From Granulicella sp. (GTDB taxonomy: Bacteria; Acidobacteriota; Terriglobia; Terriglobales; Acidobacteriaceae), in NCBI GenBank assembly GCA_027339965.1, contig DAHWNL010000007.1, positions 1-40,769 on the forward strand: a DNA stretch of 40,769 nt, given 5' to 3'. Under the pieces are notes generated by a model, which did not search any database, had not been told where the DNA came from, and saw only the letters and a list, made by a program, of their open reading frames with translations. This document shows, in pieces, positions 9,835 through 19,498 of this stretch. The translations under genes were made by a program, and so were the position numbers. The first letter of the stretch is position 1. Each line of letters opens with the position of its first letter.

Positions 9835-10938
9835 TCAGACGGCGTGCAGCGACTGGCTTCGATCAATGGATTCAGCCAGGGCCGCGTGGACCAGCTTGCC
9901 CATCTGCTGGGTGCTGACGGTGGAGGCGGTATTGCCCCCGGCGATGTCTGCGGTGCGGTGGCCGGCGGTAAGGACCTGCTGGACAGCGGCTTCGACCGCG
10001 GCCGCCTCCTGTTCCAGGCCGGCGGAGTGCCGCAGAACCATAGCCGCAGTCAGGATGGCGCCCAGGGGGTTGGCCTTGCCTGTGCCGGCGATGTCGGGAG
10101 CGCTGCCATGAACCGGTTCATAAAGATTGATGCGTCCACCGATGGTGGCCGAGGGCAGCATGCCCAGGGAGCCGGTGATGATGCCGCTCTCGTCGGAGAG
10201 GATGTCCCCAAAAAGGTTCTCGGTGAGGACCACGTCAAAGTTCCGGGGCACGTTCATCAGGTGCATGGCCATGGAGTCCACCAACTGATGTTCGACGGTG
10301 ATGTCAGGGTACTCGGGCTTGAGCGAGTCCACCGTGGCGCGCCAGAGCTGAGAGCACTCCAGAACGTTGGCCTTGTCCACCGAGGTCAGCTTTTTGCGGC
10401 GCTTGGCGGCCAGCTCGAAGGCGATGCGGGCTACACGAACCACCTCGTCCCGGGTGTAACGCATGGTGTTGACCGCTTCGCCAGTCTCCTTGTTCCAGAA
10501 GCGAGGCTGGCTGAAGTAAAGGCCGCCGAGAAGCTCACGGACGAAGAGGATGTCCGCGCCCTGCGTGACGTTGGCGCGCAACGGCGAGTTCTCCGCCAAG
10601 GCGGGGTAGGCGATGGCCGGGCGCAGGTTGGCGAAACCGCCCAGGATCTGGCGAATCCGAAGCAGGCCCGCCTCGGGCCGCTTATCCGGGGTGAGATGGT
10701 TGAACTTGTTGTCACCCACCGCGCCGAGCAGCACGGCCTCCGAGTCCAGGGCAATGTCAATGGTCTCCTGGGGCAGGGGAGTGCCCTTGGCGGTGATCGC
10801 CACGCCACCCAGAAGGGCTTCGCGGAAGGCGAACTCATGGCCACCAGCCTCGGCTACGGCTTGCAGGATGTTGACAGCCTCGTGGGTGACTTCGGGGCCG
10901 ATGCCATCACCAGCCAGAATTGCGATTTTAAGCTTCAT
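9835..10938 (-). CDS. leuB: 3-isopropylmalate dehydrogenase
   Basis: GDGIGPEV, ANLRP, VDKANVL, TENLFGDILSDE, YEPVHGSAPDIAG. Confidence 0.97.
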   Translation of the reverse strand: MKLKIAILAGDGIGPEVTHEAVNILQAVAEAGGHEFAFREALLGGVAITAKGTPLPQETIDIALDSEAVLLGAVGDNKFNHLTPDKRPEAGLLRIRQILGGFANLRPAIAYPALAENSPLRANVTQGADILFVRELLGGLYFSQPRFWNKETGEAVNTMRYTRDEVVRVARIAFELAAKRRKKLTSVDKANVLECSQLWRATVDSLKPEYPDITVEHQLVDSMAMHLMNVPRNFDVVLTENLFGDILSDESGIITGSLGMLPSATIGGRINLYEPVHGSAPDIAGTGKANPLGAILTAAMVLRHSAGLEQEAAAVEAAVQQVLTAGHRTADIAGGNTASTVSTQQMGKLVHAALAESIDRSQSLHAV

Positions 10939-11069
10939 GCGTGATCGATCCGTTCCGAGAGGATTTGCGTGCTTCGAGTGTGACGGCGTGGAGGACAGCA
11001 GCGAGAGGCAGGCTAACCCTTCGCCGCTGCCGGGGGCTGGAAGTTGCTCCCGGTTGGGGGAAGGCCCAT

Positions 11070-11098
11070 GGCTACGCTGGCTATGTTCCAGCGTAGCC
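11070..11098. repeat. Perfect 11-bp hairpin in the leuA-leuB spacer
   Basis: GGCTACGCTGG-CTATGTT-CCAGCGTAGCC; no U-tract on either side. Confidence 0.6.
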
Positions 11099-11180
11099 TG
11101 CGGTGAAGGTTGGAGACCTTCTGTTGCTGGAGCCCGCCTCCGCAGTTGCCGGCGCGCAGCCGGTCAGCAGCGGGAGCAAG

Positions 11181-12377
11181 TCAGGGGACGTTGGTGACGA
11201 GTTCTTCACCGGCTGAGGCTTGCAACAGCGCGATGATGTCCTGGTCGTAGATGTTCTTCTTGCGGTCGGCAAGTTCGATGAAACGCTCGTAGACCCGCTC
11301 GATCTCCTGCGGAGACAGTTTGTGTCCCATCTCGCTGAGGCGGTACTCGAGGGCGCGCCGGCCGCTGTGCTTGCCGAGTACGATGTTCTGTCCGGTGAAA
11401 CCGACCGAAGCGGGAGTCATGATCTCGTACGTGAGGGGGTTGGAGAGGACGCCGTGCTGGTGAATCCCCGACTCGTGGGCGAAGGCGTTCTTGCCCACGA
11501 CAGCCTTGTTGGGCGGGGCTCCAAAGCTGATGATCTCGCCCAGCATGCGTGAGGTCGGGTAGAGCTGATTCATGGCGATGTTGGTCTTGAACGGGTAACG
11601 GTCGTGACGGGTGGCGATGGCCGCAACAATCTCCTCCAGGGCAGCGTTGCCGGCCCGCTCCCCAATGCCGTTGATGGTGCACTCGACCTGGCGCGCTCCG
11701 CCCTCCAGGCCGGAGAGGGAGTTGGCTACGGCCAGACCAAGATCATCGTGGCAGTGGGTGGAGAAGATGATCCGATCGCTGTCCGGGATCCGCTGGCGGA
11801 CAGTCTCAAAGAGCTGTTTGTACTCGGCCGGGGTGGTATAGCCTACCGTGTCCGGGATGTTGATGGTGGTGGCTCCGGCCTCCACAGCGACGGTGATCAT
11901 CTGAATCAGAAATTCGAGGTCGGAGCGCGTGCCATCCTCGGTGGAAAACTCAACGTCATCGGCGAAGGCGCGCGCCAGGCGCACGGCTGTCCCCACGTTG
12001 TCCAGCGCCTGGGCTCGGGTGATCCGAAGCTTGGCCTCCAGATGCAGGTCTGAGCTGGCCAGAAAGACGTGGATGCGGTTCTTCTTTGCTTGCTGGACGG
12101 CGCGCGCCGCGGCCTCAATGTCTTCCCGCCTGCAGCGGGCCAGAGAGGCGATGCGGGGCGCTGCCTCGGCGGCGCCGACCTCGCGTGCGATGGTCTGCAC
12201 CGAGTGGAAGTCGCCGTGCGAGGCGATGGCGAAGCCGGCTTCAATGATGTCCACGCCAAGACAGGCCAACTGATGGGCAAAGCGCAACTTCTCCGCGTGG
12301 TGCATGGTGCATCCCGGAGACTGCTCGCCGTCGCGCAAGGTGGTGTCGAAGATCACGATCTGAGTGTCGGTCGGCAT
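11181..12377 (-). CDS. leuA: 2-isopropylmalate synthase, short form lacking the C-terminal regulatory domain
   Basis: FDTTLRDGEQSPG, PDTVGY, HCHDDLG, NGIGERAGN, FAHESGIHQHG, LGKHSGR; ends at 398 aa with a normal stop. Confidence 0.93.
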   Translation of the reverse strand: MPTDTQIVIFDTTLRDGEQSPGCTMHHAEKLRFAHQLACLGVDIIEAGFAIASHGDFHSVQTIAREVGAAEAAPRIASLARCRREDIEAAARAVQQAKKNRIHVFLASSDLHLEAKLRITRAQALDNVGTAVRLARAFADDVEFSTEDGTRSDLEFLIQMITVAVEAGATTINIPDTVGYTTPAEYKQLFETVRQRIPDSDRIIFSTHCHDDLGLAVANSLSGLEGGARQVECTINGIGERAGNAALEEIVAAIATRHDRYPFKTNIAMNQLYPTSRMLGEIISFGAPPNKAVVGKNAFAHESGIHQHGVLSNPLTYEIMTPASVGFTGQNIVLGKHSGRRALEYRLSEMGHKLSPQEIERVYERFIELADRKKNIYDQDIIALLQASAGEELVTNVP

Positions 12378-12408
12378 GAGGAGAGGGGCCTTTCCTGCTA
12401 GACAGAAT

Positions 12409-12456
12409 CATAATGTACCCTTATGCTGATAGCCAGATGTATTAATCATTCTAATA
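12409..12456. promoter_or_regulatory. Two LysR-type T-N11-A palindromic operators in the divergent leuA/lysR promoter
   Basis: CATAA-N7-TTATG at 12409-12425 and TATTA-N7-TAATA at 12440-12456; both have perfect arms and lie in an AT-rich 119-bp spacer. Confidence 0.65.
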
Positions 12457-12496
12457 TGTCTATCGCGATCGTTGACAGTCGCTGGATGGGGGACGC

Positions 12497-13414
12497 GTGG
12501 ATCTGTTTCAACTTGAGACCTTGCTGGCGGTCGCTGAGGAGAGAAGCTTCTCGCGAGCAGCGGCTCGTCTCCACCGGACCCAGTCGGCGGTGAGCCAGGT
12601 GGTTGCCAAGCTGGAGGCGGAGCTGGGAGAGGTGCTGCTGGAGCGAGCCGGAGGCCAGCCGACCGATGCGGGCAAGGTCCTGCTGGAGTATGCGCAGAGG
12701 ATGCTGAACTTGCGCAAGGATGCAGGGGCGGCGCTGGTGGACCTGCGCTCGCTGCATCAGGGCCGGCTGGATCTGGCTGCGAATGAGTACACCTGCCTGT
12801 ATCTGTTGCCGGTGCTCGATGCCTTTCGCCAGAAGCATCCCCGGATCAAGGTGGCGGTGCAGCGGACGCTGGCGAGCCGGATCGCCGATGAGGTCCAGTT
12901 ACGTACCGTCGAGATCGGAGTGGTGAGCTTCCGGCCGGCCGATCCGCAGGTGATTTCGACCGTGGTCTATCGCGACGAGTTGATGTGCGTTGTCAGTCCG
13001 ACGCACGCCCTGGCCAAGGCCGGCAAGGCTGCGTTAAACCGGTTGGGGAAGGAAACATTCGTGGCCCACAATGTGCCTTCGCCTCTGCGCCAGCGGGTGA
13101 TTGAGACCTTTCAGCGGCGCAAGATTCCTTTGCAGATGGAGGTGGAGCTGCCTTCTCTGGAGGCGATCAAGCGATTCGTCCAGCGCGGCAATGGGGTGGC
13201 GATGGTGCCGCGCTTGACGGTGGAGGGGGAACTGGAGGCTGGAACGCTGGTCGCCGTGGAGGTTCCCGAGTTGCAGATCGAGCGCAAGCTGCGCCTGGTC
13301 CATCGCCGGGGAGCGGCGCTATCGCATGCCGCCAGGGAGTTTCTGGGCGTGGTGCGGACCCATGCGCTGGAACACGGCGATCCCTTCTGCTTTGTGATGG
13401 AAGGCAGAGGGTAG
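12497..13414 (+). CDS. LysR-family transcriptional regulator, divergent from leuA
   Basis: 305 aa, GTG start; HTH SFSRAAARLHRTQSAVSQVVAKLEAELG; complete substrate-binding domain. Confidence 0.93.
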   Translation: MDLFQLETLLAVAEERSFSRAAARLHRTQSAVSQVVAKLEAELGEVLLERAGGQPTDAGKVLLEYAQRMLNLRKDAGAALVDLRSLHQGRLDLAANEYTCLYLLPVLDAFRQKHPRIKVAVQRTLASRIADEVQLRTVEIGVVSFRPADPQVISTVVYRDELMCVVSPTHALAKAGKAALNRLGKETFVAHNVPSPLRQRVIETFQRRKIPLQMEVELPSLEAIKRFVQRGNGVAMVPRLTVEGELEAGTLVAVEVPELQIERKLRLVHRRGAALSHAAREFLGVVRTHALEHGDPFCFVMEGRG

Positions 13415-13796
13415 CGGCCTGCCGTCGGGATGGGCGCGCGAGAGCGGTCCGCAGCGGAGTCTCTGGTTGAGCAACAGGCTGGTTGAAGTCGGGCTCGGCC
13501 TTCCGAGGGTGAGGAAGATTGCAGCCGACGGAGTGGACAGGGCCCCGAGGCGGGCAACATAAAGAGGTTGGGGAGGATGGAAAAGTGAGCCTCGGAGGAC
13601 TGGACGCGATAACGGGAGGCGTCCTGAAACGTCTATCCAGAGATTCCAACAAGAACGATGGACCGGAATCGAGGGCGGCGCGCAGGATGGCGTCAGGTGC
13701 AGGTACAATTAGGACAAAAGCGCGCCGCATTTACCGGCTGGATGAACGCAGAGGTGTCTTAGCCGGCGGTGAGCATGCGAAGGGATTTCGTCAAGC

Positions 13797-14408
13797 ATGA
13801 AGAAGATGATGTTGCTAGGTGCACTGGTGTGTTTGTGCACAGCCGCTGTGGGACACGCGCAGGAGAGTCGGCAGGACGCCAGCATTAGCTTGTTTGGGGT
13901 ATACGCACCCGCAGTCTACGGTCTGGATATTCATCCGATGACCACCACATCCACCGGGGGCATCCTGGCCAGCTACCGGTATATGATGACGCCGCGCAGC
14001 GAAGTGGAGCTGAACTACTCGTACTTTCAGAATTCGCTGAAGTACTTTGCGATCGCCGAGCCCAACACCCGGTCGCAGGTACGCGCTGAGGAGGCGAGTG
14101 CCGCCTATGTCTATATGCGCACCTACAAGCGATATAACCCGTTTGTCGAGGCAGGCATCGGCGCAGAGTTCTATATTCCGATTCTGAACTATGAGACCAC
14201 CAACCTGGATTTCAAGATGAGCGTGCAGCCAGGATTTATCTTTGGTGGCGGACTGGCCTATGAGCTGAGCCCGAGCTGGGATATCCGCGTCGAGTACCGC
14301 GGCTTCGCGCAGCGCACCCCGACGCTGGGCAATCCGTCTGGACTTACCCAGACGAACCGTTATTATGTGCTGATGACCCCGTCTTTGGGTGTGGCATACC
14401 ACTTCTAG
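13797..14408 (+). CDS. Small outer-membrane beta-barrel protein (OmpA/OmpW-like membrane domain)
   Basis: Signal peptide ...AAVGHA-Q; alternating aromatic strands; C-terminal beta-signal LGVAYHF. Confidence 0.85.
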   Translation: MKKMMLLGALVCLCTAAVGHAQESRQDASISLFGVYAPAVYGLDIHPMTTTSTGGILASYRYMMTPRSEVELNYSYFQNSLKYFAIAEPNTRSQVRAEEASAAYVYMRTYKRYNPFVEAGIGAEFYIPILNYETTNLDFKMSVQPGFIFGGGLAYELSPSWDIRVEYRGFAQRTPTLGNPSGLTQTNRYYVLMTPSLGVAYHF

Positions 14409-14453
14409 ACCGTCCCGCTGTTCTTCTCCGCTGCTGACCTTCCGCAGGTCTGC

Positions 14454-14491
14454 ACAGCCGTAGGCCGCACCAAGGTGCGGCCTACGGCTGT
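14454..14491 (+). terminator. Perfect 18-bp inverted repeat, likely terminator
   Basis: ACAGCCGTAGGCCGCACC-AA-GGTGCGGCCTACGGCTGT followed by CTTT, about 45 nt after the barrel stop codon. Confidence 0.7.
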
Positions 14492-14985
14492 CTTTGGAGG
14501 CGGAGCGCTTCAAAAGGCCATGCACCGGTTCTTTGAGTAGGAAGATACCTACCGGGGGATAGGCTCCGCGGTGATCGGGCAGGAGGCATGCGTGGTGGCT
14601 CCCGATGCCGAAGGCGAGGTGGAAGAAGTTGGTTTCAAGCAAGAGAGGGATGTAGTCGATGGTTCCACGGTAGATGGCCGGCTCAGCCATCTTCGCTGTG
14701 AAGCGACGATCCGCAGCCGGCGATTTAGCGGCGGTCTTGCCGGCTGCCGATGCGGATGACGGGGATCATCCTTCCATCAACATCGGAAGCAGCGCGCCGG
14801 GGGGGGGGAGGAGCTTCCAGCATCTTCAGCGCTGCTGACTGCGATGCCGTCGGGCGTGCCGTGGCGCATCCCATCCATTCCATGGGCCAACTTGCCATGG
14901 CGGTTGGAGGCTGGAGGGAAACGCCTTAAGATTGATCTGCCTGTCTGCAACTGCAGCAAAGATTCCACCTGGGCGGAGGATTCGG

Positions 14986-15588
14986 CTATTGGATGACGTT
15001 CCCACCTGTGAAGTGGTAGGCGATTCCCGCCTCATACAGGATGGGCGTCAGGCCGTGGGGGAGATAGATGTTTGTCCCCGGACCGCCGCTGTTCGGCGGT
15101 CCCTTGAGTCCACCGGTGAACCAGTTCTGGTACTCCATGCCCAGCCGGAGGCTGAGGCGTGAGGAGATCTCCGTATCCACGCCTGCGCCAAAACCCAGCC
15201 AGTTATAGCCCAGGCTAGTGTTCCCTTGATAGAACTCCGGTATGGAGTCAAACGTGCCCCGGCCGGCCAGGCCATTGATGTACGGATTGTAGCGGCCGTA
15301 GTTGCGGTGGTATCGCGCGCCGTAACCGATGGACCACTCTTTGGCAGGCGAGTGCTGCAGGATATCGATGGAGTGGAAGTCCACGGTGGCTCCCCAGTGG
15401 GGAGTAAAGTCAAAGGTGCCGAAGAGCCCGTAGCCGATGGCGTCCTGAGGTGTGTAGTCGGGGTAGCCGAAGGTGAAGGTACCGCCGGCCTGCACATCCA
15501 CGAGGCGAGTCGCGCCAGGGATGTTCTGGCCCAGAGCCAACGAAGAGCACACGATCCACATAGCCAGAGCAATGACTTGACGTTTCAA
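14986..15588 (-). CDS. Small outer-membrane beta-barrel protein
   Basis: TTG start with GGAGG SD; signal peptide; RYNPYINGLAGRG, FGAGVD, MEYQNW, AGIAYHF near the C-terminus. Confidence 0.8.
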   Translation of the reverse strand: MKRQVIALAMWIVCSSLALGQNIPGATRLVDVQAGGTFTFGYPDYTPQDAIGYGLFGTFDFTPHWGATVDFHSIDILQHSPAKEWSIGYGARYHRNYGRYNPYINGLAGRGTFDSIPEFYQGNTSLGYNWLGFGAGVDTEISSRLSLRLGMEYQNWFTGGLKGPPNSGGPGTNIYLPHGLTPILYEAGIAYHFTGGNVIQ

Positions 15589-15895
15589 TGGATGGCCTCC
15601 ATTGGCCGGAGTAGGGATCTTCTGCGGGTTCAGTTTAGATGAAGATTAACAGGAAATACCAGCGATATTTGAGGAAATTATAATAATACAAGTGGTTTCG
15701 GTGGTACGTGGGAGAAATCGCGAAAGCCCTGCCGGAGATAGGGTTTAGAGAACTTAGAAAAAACTCATGAATCCGTTGGCGCAATCCGGAGCGAAGTTAC
15801 ATGTTGCCACTGAGGCCTCCGTAGGGCTGGCCTGAATGGCGTTTTTGTGAGGTGGGTGCACGAGCCCAATGGAGGACAGGGCTCGTGCGCGAGCG

Positions 15896-17689
15896 CTACG
15901 GATGCGGCTGCGTTGCCGGGGCATTTGTAGCTGCGGCGCCGGCGGTCGCGGCTGCGGGCGTGGCAGGTGCGTTCGGGTCAACAGGGGGCTTCCAGTAGGA
16001 CAAATTGACCGAGACGGGGGTGAGCTCAAACGGCATCTTGTCGCGGGCGCTCAACAGCGGTTCCTGAGCGGCATCGAGTTTGATGACCTGATCGGTCCAG
16101 GGATCATTGCGCAGGAATGCATTGAGCGGCTCGGCAGCTACCTGTTTCAAGTCGGTGTTGTTGAGTTTGGGCGACTTGGACATGAGGGCCTGGAGCCAGA
16201 AGGTGCCGTCGGGCTTGACCAAGCTGTCGCCAAGCTGAGGAGTGGTGAGAGCATGGAGGCCTTTTTCCCGCGCCTGTAGCTGCTGCAAATAAAGGCCGAA
16301 GTACTGCTGGCCGTCGGCCAGGTCTTTGACGCTGAGAAGTTCAAGGCACTTCTTGGCCGCTGCGGCATCATCGGCATCGGTGTGGCCCAGGGGCAGGCGT
16401 TGGAAGGCTGACTCGGGGGGGAACAGGAGGCGATCGCTGAAGGCGTATTTGGTATCGATGTGATGGCCGAGAACGATCTGCGCCACCTGGAAGGCCAGGA
16501 TGGCATTGAGGTTCCCCATCTGCTGAGCGCCATCGGCGGTGACCACGGCAGTGGTGTCAATCAGACCCTTGGAGATGAGGATGGTATTGCCCACCGCCAC
16601 GGACTCCAGCGGCTCGGTGAGCAAGGTTCGAACCCGGATGGGGCGGTCAATGGGAATCTGGTTATAGGCCAGGATATTATTGGCTAACTCGGCGAGGACC
16701 TTGTCGAAGTCACTGGGAGCATCGATGAGTCCGGCGGAGAATAGGCGCTCAATGACGTTGTCTTCGGCCTGCTCAATCCAGGCCCGCTGGGCGCCCAGAG
16801 GACTCAGGTTGCCGTTCTGCTGACTCTCATCGGTGGCGCCTTCCACCTCGATGTCGGCCTGGTCCTGGTCAGAGGTGGGAACGCTGAGAGAGTAGCCCCA
16901 GATCTGATTAATCGCTTTGAACTTGAGGCTGTGCTCGGGGCTTCTAGGATCGGTCTCTTCGATGTAGGAGGCGGTGGGAAGCCAGAGATTGTCGGCCACT
17001 TCGGTGCGGACAGAGTTGAAGTGGAAGTACTCGTTGATGTTGTCTTTCTCCCCGCCGGCCAGATCGCCGTCATAACGCACGATGTTCCCGCCGTCGCGCT
17101 CCACCCAGATTCGGCCGAAGAAGCGGCCGGGAACCTTCCGGATGGGAATGACGTCGAAGACTTCCGTCGGCACCGTGCCGAGGAACTCGTTGCGCAGGAA
17201 GGTGAAGTGGTAGTGATTGCGGTCAAATCCCGTGCTGTCGATGACGATCATCCGCACGAAGCCAGCCTCGTTGTAGCGGAGATGAAGTTCCTTGGAGACC
17301 CCGGTGAGATAGGCCAGGGAGTGATGGAAACGTCCGGCTTTCTGATGTTCTCCATTGGAAAAGCCCTCTTCGCCGATGACCTTGCCGAAGTCAACCCGAG
17401 CCAGGAAGTGCTGGTCACTCTCGACAGTCTGGCCCATCACCGGGTCGGGGCGCATGTTTTGGATGTAGGTCTCAACAATCGGACTGCGGGCCCGCAGGGT
17501 CTTGACGATGACCGCCTCGCGAGCGATGGCCTTGTTGACCAAAGCGTCCTGAGCCGGAGTGAGCTTTCGCCCGTAGAGGTAGTCCATCTCATGCTTCTTC
17601 TTTTTATGCGAGAAGACGGAAGCGTGCAGCACCGAGGCCGTCAGAAAAGAGAAGGCCATGGCGGTGACGAGTTTCGATGGGAGATTCAT
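15896..17689 (-). CDS. Exported M48-peptidase-like protein with degenerate zinc motif
   Basis: Signal peptide after MNLPSK (AAGGAG SD). The M48-like segment ESVAVGNTILISKGLID...LNAILAFQVAQIVLGH has FQVAQ where HExxH is expected. Confidence 0.75.
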   Translation of the reverse strand: MNLPSKLVTAMAFSFLTASVLHASVFSHKKKKHEMDYLYGRKLTPAQDALVNKAIAREAVIVKTLRARSPIVETYIQNMRPDPVMGQTVESDQHFLARVDFGKVIGEEGFSNGEHQKAGRFHHSLAYLTGVSKELHLRYNEAGFVRMIVIDSTGFDRNHYHFTFLRNEFLGTVPTEVFDVIPIRKVPGRFFGRIWVERDGGNIVRYDGDLAGGEKDNINEYFHFNSVRTEVADNLWLPTASYIEETDPRSPEHSLKFKAINQIWGYSLSVPTSDQDQADIEVEGATDESQQNGNLSPLGAQRAWIEQAEDNVIERLFSAGLIDAPSDFDKVLAELANNILAYNQIPIDRPIRVRTLLTEPLESVAVGNTILISKGLIDTTAVVTADGAQQMGNLNAILAFQVAQIVLGHHIDTKYAFSDRLLFPPESAFQRLPLGHTDADDAAAAKKCLELLSVKDLADGQQYFGLYLQQLQAREKGLHALTTPQLGDSLVKPDGTFWLQALMSKSPKLNNTDLKQVAAEPLNAFLRNDPWTDQVIKLDAAQEPLLSARDKMPFELTPVSVNLSYWKPPVDPNAPATPAAATAGAAATNAPATQPHP

Positions 17690-17767
17690 AGGCTTTTGGG
17701 ACTCCTTGGCTGGTGCAGCCACTGCTGAAGTGGCCCGTGCAGTACGTATCTGCAGTTCTATTTCTAT

Positions 17768-17814
17768 CGTCTGTTTCTAGCTTCTATCTCTGCGTCTGTT
17801 TCCAGTTTCTATCT
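17768..17814. repeat. 22-bp direct repeat (20/22) within a pyrimidine-rich TTCTA tract
   Basis: CGTCTGTTTCTAGCTTCTATCT (17768-17789) and CGTCTGTTTCCAGTTTCTATCT (17793-17814). Confidence 0.6.
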
Positions 17815-17927
17815 TTCATTCTCTTCTGCAAACCTGTTTTTGTCTGAGACACTTCTAATGTACCTGGCTCCTTAGGTTAGCCCGACGGTTCACTGCCTCC
17901 GCGGATTTGTGGAGGTTGTGTACTAGG

Positions 17928-19019
17928 TTAGTTATTAATAACGAAGTGGATCACCACATTGGTGGGGAAGTCAATCGGCTGCCCTGCAGCGTTCAGAGCG
18001 GGACGGAAGCGGATCGCGCGAGCGACCTCCTCGGCCGGCTGATCCAGTCCATAACCAAGGCCACGGACCAGACCCAAAACCTGAATGGTGCCGTTGGCGC
18101 GGAAGACCACTTTGACCACTGCATCACCCTGGATGTGGTGTTGTTTGGCATCCTCGGTGTAGACCGGCTCGGGTTTGAAGGTGATCTTGGGAGGGGTTGC
18201 AGCCGAGATCTCCTCCAAGCCACTGGGGCGCTGCGACGGCGGCGGTGGCGGGGAACCCAGCCGAACCGGTTTGACGGCCGCAAAGTTGCGCGAGTTCATG
18301 GGGCCGGTTCCGCTGCCCAGGCTCACTCCGCGGACCGGGCCGACGGCGTTATCCCGGCCGTTCATACTGCCGTTGGCAGATCCAGAGCCCAGGTTGACCG
18401 CCATGGCGCGGGGTCCGTTGCCCGTGTTGCCGCGGTTCATGCCGGGCATACCGGCGTTCCCCAGGTTGACATTGGAGACGGCCGGACCGCTCAGGGGCTT
18501 CAGGGGATTGCTCGCCTCACCCAGACGCACCGCGGTTGGATGTGTATCGTGATTGGGAACCGAGGCTGCGGATGCCACCCCCAGGTCAACGTGCACGGGG
18601 GCCGGTGGAGGGATGACACGCTTGGGTGGAGCCGGGGGCAGATCGATCGGCTTCGGCTGAGGTACAGGTAAGGGCTTTACCACCGGCGGAGGCGGAACCG
18701 GCGGGGTGGGCATCTTGATCTTGGGCGCCACCGTGGGGGTGGGCGGCAACGGCTTCACCCGTATCGGGGGGGGCGGCTTGGGTGTGGGAGTGGGTTTGGG
18801 CGGCGGCGGGGGCAGCACCAGCACGGCGACCTCTTTGGCGACCGTTGGGCTGGTCTTGATGATCAGGCCAAGGATGACGACCATGGCCGCCAAGGAGAGG
18901 TTGATGGCGATGGAGGCGATGGCGGCGCCCTTGCTGCGCTTGCCGTCATCAAGGACACCGAAGTCCCGGAACTGGACACTCGGTGGATTCGGATCGTCGC
19001 TACGTAGTGGTTTTGCCAT
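17928..19019 (-). CDS. tonB: Energy transducer TonB-family protein
   Basis: N-terminal TM anchor, long Pro-rich linker, C-terminal TonB domain (KPEPVYTEDAKQHHIQGDAVV...GLGYGLD...IRFRPA). Confidence 0.88.
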   Translation of the reverse strand: MAKPLRSDDPNPPSVQFRDFGVLDDGKRSKGAAIASIAINLSLAAMVVILGLIIKTSPTVAKEVAVLVLPPPPPKPTPTPKPPPPIRVKPLPPTPTVAPKIKMPTPPVPPPPVVKPLPVPQPKPIDLPPAPPKRVIPPPAPVHVDLGVASAASVPNHDTHPTAVRLGEASNPLKPLSGPAVSNVNLGNAGMPGMNRGNTGNGPRAMAVNLGSGSANGSMNGRDNAVGPVRGVSLGSGTGPMNSRNFAAVKPVRLGSPPPPPSQRPSGLEEISAATPPKITFKPEPVYTEDAKQHHIQGDAVVKVVFRANGTIQVLGLVRGLGYGLDQPAEEVARAIRFRPALNAAGQPIDFPTNVVIHFVINN

Positions 19020-19498
19020 CTTCAAATCTCAGCCTTCAGGCTTGCACCCGGAGGGGTGCAGCAGCAATGCTTGGAGAAGAAATTCTTCCAGAGTATCCAG
19101 AGCATAGCAGAGAAATTTCTCAAATGATCGCTGAGAAGATTCAAGTTGCGATGTTCGAAGGCGTGGGCATCTCTCTTCTCATTGATGAATTAGCTACTAG
19201 CGAGGACAGAAAAAACCCAAAAGTAATCAAACCGGGAAGCGGAGGTCTTTTGAGTTCCTGCGAGCACCATGAAAGAAGTACTCGTCGCTCCTTGGCTGGA
19301 GACTTTCCTTGGCGAGCTTGGCTAGGAGAAGACGTTCAGTCGAACAAGAACGGCTCTTGACTTTGCACATGGGAAGAGCCGCGTACGCACCTCTAAGGAT
19401 AGCACGAAGGCGACTCCACCGCAGACTGACTTGCCACGCGTAGGACGATGTGCCTCCAGGAAAACAGATGGATCGAACGGGCATCTTGGCTTTCGGGG

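Noticed and set aside
10939..11180. Attenuator or riboswitch between leuA and leuB
   Set aside because: Only one hairpin with no U-tract, no Leu-rich leader peptide and no T-box motif.
19026..19498. Possible sRNA or small ORF (MKEVLVAPWLETFLGELG) with several short hairpins
   Set aside because: No recognisable RNA family, well-spaced SD or terminator; insufficient support.
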